DNA of 64,000 bases. Source: an uncultured Flavobacteriaceae bacterium (lineage in GTDB: Bacteria > Bacteroidota > Bacteroidia > Flavobacteriales > Flavobacteriaceae). Where the stretch lies: the NCBI GenBank assembly GCA_938009735.1, contig CALLIG010000107.1, positions 12,149 through 76,148 on the forward strand, read 5' to 3'. The translations under genes were made by a program, and so were the position numbers. The number at the start of each line of letters is the position of its first letter. Position 1 is the first letter of the stretch. The notes below the pieces were generated by a model. That model saw nothing but the letters and a program-made list of their open reading frames with translations, was not told the DNA's origin and searched no databases. Below, piece after piece: positions 11,031 through 21,645 of the stretch.

Positions 11031-12119
11031 ATGGCTGCTAAGAAGATTATAACCAAAAAATCACTTGAATTTTTTGAAAAATATCTAAATAATGCTGCAC
11101 CGACCGGTTACGAATGGGAAGGACAGAAAATTTGGATGGAATATTTAAAACCATATGTAGATACTTTTATAACGGACACCTATGGTTCAGCAGTTGGAGT
11201 TATCAATCCTGATGCAAAATATAAGGTAGTAATTGAGGGGCATTCTGATGAAATTTCATGGTATGTAAATTATATTTCAGATAACGGCCTACTCTATGTA
11301 ATAAGAAATGGCGGTAGTGATCACCAGATTGCACCCTCTAAATGGGTAAATATTCATACTAAAAATGGCTTTGTAAAAGGTGTTTTCGGATGGCCAGCTA
11401 TACACACTCGAAATAGAGCGAATGAAAAAGCACCAAAACCAGATAATATATTTATTGATATTGGCGCAAAAGACAAGGAAGAGGTTTTAAAAATGGGCGT
11501 GCACGTTGGTTGTGTAATTACGTATCCTGATACTTTTCAGATACTTAATAAAGATAAATTTGTATGTCGCGCTATCGATAACCGAGCCGGTGGTTTTATG
11601 ATTGCAGAAGTCGCAAGATTATTACATGAAAACAAAATAAAGCTTCCGTTCGGATTGTACATAACAAATGCCGTACAAGAAGAAATTGGACTTCGTGGTG
11701 CTGAAATGATTACGCAAACCATTAATCCTGATGTGGCTATCATAACTGATGTTTGTCATGATACCACAACTCCAATGATTGAAAAGAAAACACAAGGGCA
11801 TACTGAAATTGGTGCAGGTCCTGTAATTTCTTATGCTCCGGCAGTACAAAACAAACTTCGTGAACGAATTATAGAAACCGCAGAAAAGAATAAGATTCCT
11901 TTTCAACGTATGGCAGCTTCTCGTTCTACAGGTACTGATACTGATGCTTTTGCATATAGTAATGGTGGTGTAGCTTCAGCTTTGATCTCTTTACCTTTAC
12001 GTTACATGCATACTACAGTTGAAACTGTTCATCGTGATGATGTAGAAAATGTAATCCGTTTGATTTACGACACACTTTTAAATATTAAAGAAGGAGAAAC
12101 TTTCAGTTATTTCGACTAA
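11031..12119 (+). CDS. M42 family metallo-aminopeptidase
   Basis: GHSDEI, AIDNRAG, QEEIGLRGA, GTDTD, RYMHT. Confidence 0.93.
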   Translation: MAAKKIITKKSLEFFEKYLNNAAPTGYEWEGQKIWMEYLKPYVDTFITDTYGSAVGVINPDAKYKVVIEGHSDEISWYVNYISDNGLLYVIRNGGSDHQIAPSKWVNIHTKNGFVKGVFGWPAIHTRNRANEKAPKPDNIFIDIGAKDKEEVLKMGVHVGCVITYPDTFQILNKDKFVCRAIDNRAGGFMIAEVARLLHENKIKLPFGLYITNAVQEEIGLRGAEMITQTINPDVAIITDVCHDTTTPMIEKKTQGHTEIGAGPVISYAPAVQNKLRERIIETAEKNKIPFQRMAASRSTGTDTDAFAYSNGGVASALISLPLRYMHTTVETVHRDDVENVIRLIYDTLLNIKEGETFSYFD

Positions 12120-12124
12120 TTTTT

Positions 12125-12156
12125 AAGCCTCCTTTTTTAGGAGGCTTTTTCTTTTT
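12125..12156 (+). terminator. Intrinsic terminator
   Basis: AAGCCTCCT-TTTTT-AGGAGGCTT plus U tract. Confidence 0.85.
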
Positions 12157-12160
12157 ATAT

Positions 12161-12709
12161 ATGGATGAGTTAATTGATATACTTGATGCTAACGGTATTA
12201 TTACCGGAAAAACAGCCATGAAGTCAGAAGCACATAGAAATGGATGGTTTCATCAAACAGTACATATTTGGTTCTATTCTTTTGATGGACAAGTCTTACT
12301 TCAAAAAAGAGGAAAAGATAAAGATATCTACCCCCTACTTTGGGACGTATCTGTTGCTGGTCATATAGGAGCTGGCGAAGAAATTGAAATTTCAGCCATA
12401 CGAGAAGTTAAAGAAGAAATAGGCTTAAAAATAACAATAGATCAACTTGAAAAAATAGGTGTCTTTAGATCAATACAAAAACATCATAACAAATTAATCG
12501 ATTGTGAATTTCATCATACCTATGTATGTGAATTAAAAGTGTCTTTAGAAAATCTACAAAAACAGGAAAGTGAAGTTGAGGAATTGAAATTAGTTTCAAT
12601 CGATCAATTCTATTCAGATGTATCTAACAACAAGGAACTTAAAACATTTGTTCCTCATGATTCGAACTACTACAAAGCAATTTTGAAAGCAGTTAAAGAT
12701 AGATTATAG
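12161..12709 (+). CDS. NUDIX hydrolase (IPP-isomerase-like subfamily)
   Basis: H..GWFHQTVHIW, SVAGHIGAGE..SAIREVKEEIG Nudix box. Confidence 0.85.
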   Translation: MDELIDILDANGIITGKTAMKSEAHRNGWFHQTVHIWFYSFDGQVLLQKRGKDKDIYPLLWDVSVAGHIGAGEEIEISAIREVKEEIGLKITIDQLEKIGVFRSIQKHHNKLIDCEFHHTYVCELKVSLENLQKQESEVEELKLVSIDQFYSDVSNNKELKTFVPHDSNYYKAILKAVKDRL

Positions 12710-14080
12710 TGTATTAATAAAATCTTCAACTTGACTTAAGCTATATTCTTGTTGTGAACCTTCTGCCATGTTTTTCACAACAAAAGAACCATTCTGTAAT
12801 TCTTCTTCGCCTAATAAAATTACAAAAGGTACATTTCTATTATTAGCATATTTCATTTGCTTTTGCATCTTGGCATTTGAAGGATATAAATCGGCTTTTA
12901 TTCCTGCCTTTCGCAATTGTCCTACTAATTTCAATGCTGCCAAACCTTCCTTCTCACCGAAGTTTACACAAAGTACTTGCAACGATTGATCAATAGCTTC
13001 TGGAAAACGATTTAACTCTTCCATAACCAAATAAATACGGTCAAGACCGAATGAAATACCGACACCGCTTACATCTTTCATTCCAAATATACCAGTAAGA
13101 TCATCATAACGACCTCCGCCACCTATTGAACCCATTTGAACACCATCTGGTGCAGCAACTTCAAATATAGCACCTGTATAATAGTTGAGTCCACGAGCTA
13201 AGGTTACATCAATGTAAAGATTAGCAGATTGTAGTCCGATTTCTTCGATATTCTCGATAATAAATCGCAACTCTTCCACTCCCTTTGTTCCTACTTCAGA
13301 TGATGATAAAATATATTGTAATTCATCAAGTTGCTTTTTGTTACTTCCTGAAAGGGAAAATAATGGACTTGCTTTTTCAATGGCTTCCTCAGAAATGCCT
13401 TTAGCCAACATTTCCTTTTTTACACCTTCTTCACCAATCTTATCAAGTTTATCAAGTGCTACTGTAAAATTGATTAAATTATTTTTGGCGCCAATTACCT
13501 CTGCAATACCCGCTAAAATTTTTCTGTTATTCAATTTAATATTAGATCCTTCTAACTTCAATTCGGAAAAAATAGCGTCGTATAATTGTACTAGCTCTAT
13601 TTCTTGCAATAATGAATTAGACCCTACTACATCTGCATCACATTGATAAAACTCTCTAAAACGTCCTTTTTGTGGGCGATCAGCTCTCCATACTGGTTGA
13701 ATTTGATAGCGCTTAAAAGGGAAGTCGATTTCATTTTGGTGCTGCACAACGTATCTAGCAAATGGTACGGTTAGATCATAGCGTAGCGCTTTTTCAGAAA
13801 TTTTCGGAGTAATAGAACTTGAATTTTTAGAGCTATAGGTAACATCATCAACCTTACTAATAAAATCACCTGAATTTAAAATTTTAAAAATCAAGCGATC
13901 ACCCTCGTCACCATATTTACCCATTAAAGTACTAGAATTCTCAAACGCAGGCGTTTCTATTGGTTGAAAGCCGAAGGTTTGAAAATGTTTTTTAACAATA
14001 CTAAAAATGTAGTTTCTTTTAATTACTTCTAAGGGAGAAAAATCTCGAGTACCCTTTGGTATAGATGGTTTCTGTGCCAT
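12704..14080 (-). CDS. hisS: Histidine--tRNA ligase
   Basis: PKGTRDF, LRYDLTVPFARY, WRADRPQKGRFREFYQCD, RGLNYYTG, GGGRYD. Confidence 0.98.
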   Translation of the reverse strand: MAQKPSIPKGTRDFSPLEVIKRNYIFSIVKKHFQTFGFQPIETPAFENSSTLMGKYGDEGDRLIFKILNSGDFISKVDDVTYSSKNSSSITPKISEKALRYDLTVPFARYVVQHQNEIDFPFKRYQIQPVWRADRPQKGRFREFYQCDADVVGSNSLLQEIELVQLYDAIFSELKLEGSNIKLNNRKILAGIAEVIGAKNNLINFTVALDKLDKIGEEGVKKEMLAKGISEEAIEKASPLFSLSGSNKKQLDELQYILSSSEVGTKGVEELRFIIENIEEIGLQSANLYIDVTLARGLNYYTGAIFEVAAPDGVQMGSIGGGGRYDDLTGIFGMKDVSGVGISFGLDRIYLVMEELNRFPEAIDQSLQVLCVNFGEKEGLAALKLVGQLRKAGIKADLYPSNAKMQKQMKYANNRNVPFVILLGEEELQNGSFVVKNMAEGSQQEYSLSQVEDFINTL

Positions 14081-14194
14081 TTAGTCTTTTAGTTTTTCTT
14101 GCGCCTAGGCTAAAGAAACAGTTTTGTTAGTTGAAACAAATATAATTCTTTAGAAGGGCTTAACAATGCGTAGGGTTACAAAGGCGTAAAACGA

Positions 14195-14671
14195 TTATTT
14201 TACTTTAATCATTGTTTCAAACCATTTGTATAAATCACCTTTAGTAATTACTGCACCTTGTTCAATTAATTTGAACTTATCTAAATTCTTATCTTCAGTA
14301 TATGCTTTTGAAGCAGTAAGGTATTCTACAAAATCAGATTGCCAATTTTTTTTAAACCAATTAAATCCTACTGATGTGGCCAAATCAATTTCGGGGTTCA
14401 TGACTTTTACTGAAATTAATTTCATTTCTTTTTCTTCGCAGTTGAAGAAATGCATGTGCTGCGATGAAATATTTTCTAGATAGCTAACATTTTTCAGGAC
14501 ACCTTCCCAAATCAGATCACTAAAAATATCAACTTCATCTTCAGCTACAGCCGGTTTATCTTCTTTTAAATTTTTCCATTCTTCGCCAGTAATAGATTGT
14601 GTGGCTAAAAAATTTATAAATTCAGGTTGAAGTTCTTCAAGTTGTTCTTTCGTAAGTCTTTTATATTTCAA
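14195..14671 (-). CDS. Conserved hypothetical protein (DUF6495-like), TTG start
   Basis: KYKRLTKEQLEEL..EFINFLAT, FSDLIWEGVL. Confidence 0.7.
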   Translation of the reverse strand: MKYKRLTKEQLEELQPEFINFLATQSITGEEWKNLKEDKPAVAEDEVDIFSDLIWEGVLKNVSYLENISSQHMHFFNCEEKEMKLISVKVMNPEIDLATSVGFNWFKKNWQSDFVEYLTASKAYTEDKNLDKFKLIEQGAVITKGDLYKWFETMIKVK

Positions 14672-14696
14672 AATGACATGTATTAAATATTAGGAA

Positions 14697-14734
14697 TAAA
14701 AAAACCGTTCTCGCAGACAAAGCATAGAGAACGG
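14697..14734 (-). terminator. Terminator of rpsF-rpsR-rplI
   Basis: On the minus strand: CCGTTCTC...GAGAACGG followed by T7. Confidence 0.8.
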
Positions 14735-14758
14735 CAATTTTTTGCTATATGAAATATA

Positions 14759-15211
14759 TTATTTCTTTGCTGCAACTACTTCAAAAGGAAAATCAACAAC
14801 AACATCTCTATGCAAACGAATTTTTGCATTTGCTGTTCCTGTTCTTTTTACAGATCCTCCATTAATAGAAATGAACTTTTTATCAATCTCATGACCATCT
14901 TTTGCCAAGGCAGCTGCCAAGTCAATAGTAGTTACAGATCCAAAAAGTTTGTCTCCAGCTCCAGTTTTTGCAGGAATTTTAACTTCTAATGTTTTCAATG
15001 CATCAGCAGTTTTGTTCGCAGCATCTACAACTTTCTTCTCTTTGTGTGCTTTTTGCTTTAAATTTTCAGCCAAAACCTTCTTTGCAGAAGGAGTTGCCAT
15101 TGCAGCTAAGCCTTGAGGGATTAGAAAATTTCTACCGAATCCGTTCTTAACGTTCACCAAATCGTCTTTAAACCCTAGGTTTTCAACGTCTGCTTTTAAT
15201 ATAAGTTCCAT
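14759..15211 (-). CDS. rplI: 50S ribosomal protein L9
   Basis: VENLG..DDLVNVKNGFGRNFLIPQG, KLFGSVT. Confidence 0.97.
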   Translation of the reverse strand: MELILKADVENLGFKDDLVNVKNGFGRNFLIPQGLAAMATPSAKKVLAENLKQKAHKEKKVVDAANKTADALKTLEVKIPAKTGAGDKLFGSVTTIDLAAALAKDGHEIDKKFISINGGSVKRTGTANAKIRLHRDVVVDFPFEVVAAKK

Positions 15212-15224
15212 GGTTTCGTATATT

Positions 15225-15521
15225 TTATTTTAATAAATCACCTACGTAAGGCATTAATGCAATGTGACGTGCACGTTTAACCGCTTGAGCCACCTTTCTT
15301 TGGTATTTCAAAGAAGTACCTGTAAGTCTTCTCGGAAGTAATTTACCTTGATCATTTACCAACATCATTAAGAAGTCAGCATCTTTATAATCAATATACT
15401 TGATACCGTTCTTTTTGAATCGACAATATTTCTTTTTATTGTTGGTTTCAATGTTTAATGGAGTAAGATACCTGATCTCTCCATCTTTTTTACCTTTTGC
15501 TTGTTGTTCTATTGATGCCAT
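15225..15521 (-). CDS. rpsR: 30S ribosomal protein S18
   Basis: IDYKD, GKLLPRRLTG, QRKVAQAVKRAR. Confidence 0.97.
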   Translation of the reverse strand: MASIEQQAKGKKDGEIRYLTPLNIETNNKKKYCRFKKNGIKYIDYKDADFLMMLVNDQGKLLPRRLTGTSLKYQRKVAQAVKRARHIALMPYVGDLLK

Positions 15522-15526
15522 AGTAC

Positions 15527-15868
15527 TTATGCTTTAGTTGTTTTTAATCTTGTTCTTCTTACTTCTGCCCACGCAACTGCGTGTTTGTCTAACTTCACCG
15601 TTAGAAAACGCATAATACGCTCGTCTCTTGAAAACTCTTGCTCATAAGGAGTAAGAATTTCACCTGGTGCAGTAAATTCGAACAAGTGGTAAAAACCACT
15701 CTTTTTGTGTTGTATGGCATAGGCTAATTTCTTCAGCCCCCAATTTTCTTTGGCCACCATTTTGGCGCCATTCTTAATTAAGAAATCTTCAAATTTCTTA
15801 ACTGTTTCCTCTATCTGAGTGTCAGATAGAACGGGATTCAAAATGAAAACAGTTTCGTAATGGTTCAT
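15527..15868 (-). CDS. rpsF: 30S ribosomal protein S6
   Basis: YETVFILNP, WGLKKLAYAI, GFYHL. Confidence 0.97.
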   Translation of the reverse strand: MNHYETVFILNPVLSDTQIEETVKKFEDFLIKNGAKMVAKENWGLKKLAYAIQHKKSGFYHLFEFTAPGEILTPYEQEFSRDERIMRFLTVKLDKHAVAWAEVRRTRLKTTKA

Positions 15869-15889
15869 AATTATATTATTTTAAGTGTG

Positions 15890-15920
15890 CAAAAATAATA
15901 ATAATTGCGACACCCCACAA
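15890..15920 (-). promoter_or_regulatory. Primary-sigma promoter for the rpsF operon
   Basis: On the minus strand: TTG-N20-TATTTTTG. Confidence 0.8.
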
Positions 15921-16099
15921 GAAAACGTAAAAATCTTCGTTATACATAGGAATCAATTATATCAAGCTTAACCTAAATCTTAACCTATGTTCAAATACCA
16001 GTTACACAGAAAACCGTGCAATGTTCACAACTTTAGTTGTACTTCAGCGCGTTTTTTTAGTAATTTGTATCTGATTTAACCCCACAAATCAAACCATTT

Positions 16100-16792
16100 A
16101 TGAAATTACGTAGTATTATCGTAGACGATTCATCTATGCAGCGTATGGCAGTTGCCAAATTGGTAAACAATCATCCGAATTTAGCTATGGTGGCCGAATA
16201 CAGCAACGCAATCGAGGCAAAAAATGGCATTAAGAACAACGAAATCGATCTAATCTTTTTAGATGTTGAAATGCCTATTATCAACGGATTTGACCTACTC
16301 GAGTCTTTAGATAACAGCCCTCAGGTAATTTTAATTACCGGAAAACCTGATTATGCTCTAAAGGCATTTGACTATGATGTAACAGATTACCTTCACAAGC
16401 CAATTACCATGGCTCGTTTTGATGCATCTGTGCGCAGAGCAGTAGCCAAGTATGAGCAGGCGAACAGAGTTCACGAAGACGAAGAGCATATTTTCGTAAA
16501 GAGTAACCTGAAGAAAAGAAAAGTTATCTTAAATGATATTAAATGGATAGAGGCTCTTGGAGACTACATTAAGTTAGTTACAGATGAAGCCAATATCGTA
16601 ATTTTATCAACAATGAAATCTTTCGAAAAACAATTGCCGGAAGACAAATTTTTAAGAATTCACAAATCTTACATTGTGAATCTTGAAAAAGTTGAGAAAT
16701 TCAATAGTAAAAATGTTGAAGTTAGTGGAAGATCAATTCCATTGAGCAGAAATAAAAAGACTGAATTAGCAGAAGCGCTAAGTAACGTTTAA
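16100..16792 (+). CDS. LytTR-family response regulator (no adjacent kinase)
   Basis: REC domain (IVDD, FLDVEMP, KP) plus LytTR domain (FLRIHKSYIVN). Confidence 0.93.
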   Translation: MKLRSIIVDDSSMQRMAVAKLVNNHPNLAMVAEYSNAIEAKNGIKNNEIDLIFLDVEMPIINGFDLLESLDNSPQVILITGKPDYALKAFDYDVTDYLHKPITMARFDASVRRAVAKYEQANRVHEDEEHIFVKSNLKKRKVILNDIKWIEALGDYIKLVTDEANIVILSTMKSFEKQLPEDKFLRIHKSYIVNLEKVEKFNSKNVEVSGRSIPLSRNKKTELAEALSNV

Positions 16793-16814
16793 ATTTCAAC
16801 AACATAATTTCATA

Positions 16815-16850
16815 AAAAAAACCGATAATCATATGATTATCGGTTTTTTT
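16815..16850. terminator. Bidirectional terminator (perfect 36-bp palindrome)
   Basis: AAAAAAACCGATAATCAT|ATGATTATCGGTTTTTTT between convergent LytTR and priA genes. Confidence 0.85.
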
Positions 16851-19305
16851 ATATGTGATCTACATTATAAATAATGCGCACACTACGATAGAAAGAAATT
16901 GCTTTAAAAGATCGCTCCACTCTTTTAATATTAGCTTTTACTTGTGCTACTGATTGTTTAGAACCAATCTTAATCAATACATGTTTCAAGTATTGATTTC
17001 TGATACGCGCAACGGGCGGAAATTCAGGACCCAATACATTTTCTCCGAAAGCATTCCTGAGTCCTTTTGAGAACCATTCAGCTGCCTCGTTCAGTTTATT
17101 ATATTCCTTGTGCTTAAATGTTATTTTTATTATTCGATTTGCAGGAGGATATTTAAACTGCTCGCGATCATAAAGTTGCTCTTTGAACATTTCATCATAA
17201 GCGTTCGTAGATACTTGTTTCAATATTTGATGATACGGATTATAACTTTGAACAATTACCTTACCTCTTTTCTTGGTACGCCCTGCCCTACCCGATACCT
17301 GTGTTAATAGTTGATAGCTTCTTTCATGCGCCCTATAATCAGGAAAATTTAATAGTGAATCTGCATTCATAATTCCCACCAAATTCACATTTCTAAAATC
17401 TAAACCTTTTGTAAGCATCTGCGTACCAACCAAAATATCAAGTTCTTGTTGTTCAAAGGCGGTAATGATTCGTTCATAACCATGCTTGCCTCTGGTGGTA
17501 TCCAAATCCATTCTGCCCACTTTGGCTTCAGGAAATAACGTATGTAACTCTTGTTCAACTTGTTCAGTACCAAAGCCTTTTGTGTCTAGGGTTGCTGTGC
17601 CGCAAGCCTGGCAGCTTTCTAGTAAAGCCATATGGTGGCTACAGTAATGGCAGCGTAGTTGTTTTTTATATTGATGATATGTTAAACTAACATCACAATT
17701 TGGGCATTGCGGTGAATGTCCGCAAGTGGTACATTCAACTATAGGCGCATATCCCCTTCTATTTTGAAATAAGATGACTTGCTCCCCAGCATCTAAGGTT
17801 TCTGTAATTTCTTCAATCAAACGTTCTGAGAAATGACCCTTCATTCTTCGTTTACGTGATTGCTCTTTAATATCAACTAATTCGATATCTGGCATCAAAA
17901 CATTACCAAAGCGTCGGGTAATCTCAGCATAACCATACTTACCAGTCTTTGCATTATTGAAAGTTTCAATACTCGGAGTTGCAGACCCTAAAAGGATGTC
18001 AGCTTTGTGTAAACGCGCCAAAACTATGGCAGCATCACGTGCATGATACCTAGGCGCAGGATCAAATTGTTTGAAAGAACCTTCATGTTCTTCATCAACT
18101 ATAAGCAATCCTAAGTTTGAAAAAGGAAGAAATAGCGCCGATCGGGCACCAATAACGATCTGAGCCTTTGGTTTTTGGACAAGTACATTATTCCAAACTT
18201 CAACACGCTCTTGAACATTATATTTAGAATGATAAACAGATACTTTATTTCCAAAATACTCTTGAAGCCTTCCTATTAATTGAGTAGTAAGTGCAATTTC
18301 AGGAAGTAAATACAAGGCTTGTTTGCCAGATTGAATACATTCTTCAATAAGCTTCACATAAACTTCTGTTTTTCCAGAAGAAGTAACTCCTTTTAATAAA
18401 CATGGCTTTTTATTTTCGAAGGACTTTCTAATATCAAGCAATGCCGTTTCTTGATATTCATTTAAAGATTTCAAGTCTGCATTTTCTTCGCTACCATCGT
18501 AGGTTACACGATCTCTGCGAATATGATATTCTTCTAAAATGTTCTTATCAACTAAGGTTTTAATAATTGACTTTGAACCACCACTTGCCAGCTCTAATTC
18601 TGAAACTTTAATTGGTTTCTTTGTAGTTGCTTGTAATTGAAATAATGATAGAATAACCTGACTCTGCTTAGGAGCTCTGGTTAAGGACTCTAAAAGTTGT
18701 TCTAAGTTTTCTTCGGATAAATAGTCAACACCGAGTTTGACATAGCGGACTAACTTAGGTTTATACTGCTCGTATATTTCTTCTTTTAATAAGATGATAT
18801 TTTTATCAAGCAAACGATTCAAAATAGGAAGCACATTTTTTCGCTCAACTATTGCCGCCACTTCATGTACTTTTAATATGGCTTGATGCTGAAGTGCTTC
18901 ATAGACTAAAAACTCATCATCTTTTAAATCAGCTTCATTAACTTCTACATCTTTATTTTTTAAGATTAAGGTTTCACTCTCTAACAAAAACGCACTCGGT
19001 ATTGCACTACGAAAAACTTCTCCGATGGTGCTCATATAATAATCTGCAATCCATTGCCAATGCTTCAATTGTACTTTATGCACAATGGGTTGTTCGTCAA
19101 GTATCTGATGAATTTCTTTAGCCTCGTAAACTGTTGGAGCTGGCACATCAACCTCGTTTACAAGTGCGGTGTAAATTTTAGATTTTCCGAATGGAACGGC
19201 AACGCGCATGCCCGGTTGAAGAAATTCCGCTTCAGATTGCGAAACACTATAGGTAAATAGCTTCTCAAGGGGAATAGGTAAAATTACATTAATGAAGTGT
19301 TGCAT
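16849..19305 (-). CDS. priA: Primosomal protein N' (replication restart helicase)
   Basis: GVTSSGKTEVY, DEEHE, RYHARD, four CxxC pairs, QVSGRAGR. Confidence 0.97.
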   Translation of the reverse strand: MQHFINVILPIPLEKLFTYSVSQSEAEFLQPGMRVAVPFGKSKIYTALVNEVDVPAPTVYEAKEIHQILDEQPIVHKVQLKHWQWIADYYMSTIGEVFRSAIPSAFLLESETLILKNKDVEVNEADLKDDEFLVYEALQHQAILKVHEVAAIVERKNVLPILNRLLDKNIILLKEEIYEQYKPKLVRYVKLGVDYLSEENLEQLLESLTRAPKQSQVILSLFQLQATTKKPIKVSELELASGGSKSIIKTLVDKNILEEYHIRRDRVTYDGSEENADLKSLNEYQETALLDIRKSFENKKPCLLKGVTSSGKTEVYVKLIEECIQSGKQALYLLPEIALTTQLIGRLQEYFGNKVSVYHSKYNVQERVEVWNNVLVQKPKAQIVIGARSALFLPFSNLGLLIVDEEHEGSFKQFDPAPRYHARDAAIVLARLHKADILLGSATPSIETFNNAKTGKYGYAEITRRFGNVLMPDIELVDIKEQSRKRRMKGHFSERLIEEITETLDAGEQVILFQNRRGYAPIVECTTCGHSPQCPNCDVSLTYHQYKKQLRCHYCSHHMALLESCQACGTATLDTKGFGTEQVEQELHTLFPEAKVGRMDLDTTRGKHGYERIITAFEQQELDILVGTQMLTKGLDFRNVNLVGIMNADSLLNFPDYRAHERSYQLLTQVSGRAGRTKKRGKVIVQSYNPYHQILKQVSTNAYDEMFKEQLYDREQFKYPPANRIIKITFKHKEYNKLNEAAEWFSKGLRNAFGENVLGPEFPPVARIRNQYLKHVLIKIGSKQSVAQVKANIKRVERSFKAISFYRSVRIIYNVDHI

Positions 19306-19319
19306 ATGATCATTACCTC

Positions 19320-19751
19320 CTATTCTTCAAAACGAATCCAAGTTTGTGTTCTAAATATAAAAGCGAGATAGCCTCTCACCTTTAACTCCTTAGAATTATC
19401 TGGATTCAACCAAATTTTATATCGAAAAGTCATTGCTTGCTCAGGGTCGAAAAGGTAACTTCCTTTCCATTCATCATCTTCATTTTTCTTACCATCCTTA
19501 ATTATAGTAATACCAATTACAGGTTTGTCTTTCAACTCTCCTTCACATTTAACACAACGCACATCTTCTCTTCCTTCTTCCAATACAGCAATGATATCAC
19601 CGTACATCATTCCGTCTTTTTCATAAATCTCAATCATCCCTTTAGGCTTGCCTGTACGGTCGTCGATTGTTTTCCATTTACCGAAAACGCTTTGAGCGAA
19701 TCCTGATGTTGCAATTAGCGTGCAAATCACAAATACTATTTTATTCATCAA
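19320..19751 (-). CDS. DUF2147 family exported protein
   Basis: Signal peptide; GKWKTIDD, C..C, LKVRGY, RTQTW. Confidence 0.8.
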   Translation of the reverse strand: MMNKIVFVICTLIATSGFAQSVFGKWKTIDDRTGKPKGMIEIYEKDGMMYGDIIAVLEEGREDVRCVKCEGELKDKPVIGITIIKDGKKNEDDEWKGSYLFDPEQAMTFRYKIWLNPDNSKELKVRGYLAFIFRTQTWIRFEE

Positions 19752-20718
19752 CTTTCTTGTTATAATTTTTTCGCAACCAATTTAAGGAGGCGTTTAGCTC
19801 AAACCCAAGTAACAATATATTAGAATTTAACCAGATATAAACCATTAAGATTAGTAATCCTCCTAAAGCTCCATATAACTCGTTATAGCGTGCAAATTTA
19901 TCAACATATACACCAAAAAGATAAGAAGTAAGTATGAATAAAAGCGTAGTCATTAAAGCACCTACAGAAAAGAATTTTGCTTGTTTTCCTTCTGCCGTTC
20001 CAAAATAATATAGCGTGGCTGTTGTCAAGTAAGACAAAATAATAAAGAATAAAAATCTAGCAACCTGTATACCAAAAACATCATCTTCAGCCAATGCATA
20101 TCCACCCGTTCTAGCTGCAAACTCTTTCAAATATTGTAATATATATACATCAAAGAAAACAAAAGCCACAAAGCCTAATATAATTAAGATCGATAGAATA
20201 AGGCCTACCATTAATGCATAGGCATATTGCTTGAAAAAATTACGAGTTAAATTAATATGATACGAATTTTCAAATCCGCCAAATATGGAATTCACACCAT
20301 TTGCCATTAAAAAAATAGAAAGTAAAAAGGCAGAAGACAAAAGACCTCCTTTTTTTTGATCTTTTATTTGTTGATAAACCTCACCAAAATATTCCCCGGT
20401 TGCAGTTGGAAGAAAGGATTCTAAAAATATTGGAAAATCTTCATGAAATTTCGGATTGCCCAGATCAAGGTATTCAATGACAAAAGGTACCATCGTTAGC
20501 ATAAAAATTAAAAGAGGGAACAATGCTAAAAAAAGACTGAATGCAATAGCGCTAGCTCTGGTAGAAAGAGTTCCTTCTACAATGCCTTTGATATACATTT
20601 CTAAAAGGTCATAAATAGACAAACCCTCAAAACCTGGTAGTTTAATCCTTTTTAATATTCGGACCAACCAATTTATTACAGGAATTTTATCGAGCTTATC
20701 CTCTATCTCTTTAGACAT
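19741..20718 (-). CDS. YihY/virulence factor BrkB family membrane protein
   Basis: ASAIAFSLFLALFP, YNELYGALGGLLILMVYIW..LLGFELN. Confidence 0.9.
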   Translation of the reverse strand: MSKEIEDKLDKIPVINWLVRILKRIKLPGFEGLSIYDLLEMYIKGIVEGTLSTRASAIAFSLFLALFPLLIFMLTMVPFVIEYLDLGNPKFHEDFPIFLESFLPTATGEYFGEVYQQIKDQKKGGLLSSAFLLSIFLMANGVNSIFGGFENSYHINLTRNFFKQYAYALMVGLILSILIILGFVAFVFFDVYILQYLKEFAARTGGYALAEDDVFGIQVARFLFFIILSYLTTATLYYFGTAEGKQAKFFSVGALMTTLLFILTSYLFGVYVDKFARYNELYGALGGLLILMVYIWLNSNILLLGFELNASLNWLRKNYNKKVDE

Positions 20719-21575
20719 TATACTGCTTTAAGGCTAAGGTCCATATTATATACAGAATGGGTAAGCGCTCCAGAAGAAATATAATCTACACCACATTCGG
20801 CATATTTACGAATTGTTTTTTCATTTATACCACCTGAAGATTCCGTTAAGCATTTGTCGCCAATTAATGCAACCGCCGTTCGGGTGTCTTCATAATTGAA
20901 ATTGTCTATTAAAATACGATAGACTCCGTCAGATTCTAAAATTTCCTTTATTTCTTCTAAGCTTCGTGCTTCAACTATTATTTTTAAATCACGATTGGTT
21001 TCTTTTAAATAGGCTTTTGTTTTATCAATCGCTTTGGTAATACCGCCAGCAAAATCAATATGATTGTCTTTCAACATGATCATATCATAAAGTGCAAATC
21101 TATGATTCTCCCCTCCTCCAATCTTTACAGCCCATTTTTCAAGCGCTCGTAATCCTGGAGTGGTTTTTCGGGTATCTAAAATTTTAGTATTTGTACCATC
21201 TAACAAATCAACAAATGATTTTGTTTTTGTAGCAATTGCACTCATACGTTGCATTGCATTGAGAACTAATCTTTCTGCTTTTAGAATGCTCTGCGAACTT
21301 CCTGTCACATAAAAAACAATGTCTCCATATTTCACAGCTGAACCTTCTTCAATTAGAACTTCAACTTTCATGGCACCATCAACATATGCGAATACTTGTT
21401 TTGCAAAGTTTATCCCTGCTATGATACCATCATCCTTAACTAAAAGTTTGGCCTTACCTGCGGCAGTTTCAGGTATACAAGACAATGAACTATGATCGCC
21501 ATCACCAACATCTTCTCGAATTGCATTAGCTATTATTAGGTCTACTTCTTTCTGGAATTGTGCTTCTGAGATCAT
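20718..21575 (-). CDS. nadC: Nicotinate-nucleotide diphosphorylase (carboxylating)
   Basis: LDTRKTTPG, NHRFALYD, KDNH, ISSGALTHS. Confidence 0.97.
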   Translation of the reverse strand: MISEAQFQKEVDLIIANAIREDVGDGDHSSLSCIPETAAGKAKLLVKDDGIIAGINFAKQVFAYVDGAMKVEVLIEEGSAVKYGDIVFYVTGSSQSILKAERLVLNAMQRMSAIATKTKSFVDLLDGTNTKILDTRKTTPGLRALEKWAVKIGGGENHRFALYDMIMLKDNHIDFAGGITKAIDKTKAYLKETNRDLKIIVEARSLEEIKEILESDGVYRILIDNFNYEDTRTAVALIGDKCLTESSGGINEKTIRKYAECGVDYISSGALTHSVYNMDLSLKAV

Positions 21576-21645
21576 GTACTTTATTTGGTATGCGCTAATT
21601 TAATAAAAACAAAAACCAATTAGGAAATTGATTTAACTTTGCCTC

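Noticed and set aside
16815-16850. Perfect 36-bp palindrome as a mobile-element end or recombination site
   Set aside because: It has A/T tails on both sides and lies between convergent genes, so a bidirectional terminator explains it.
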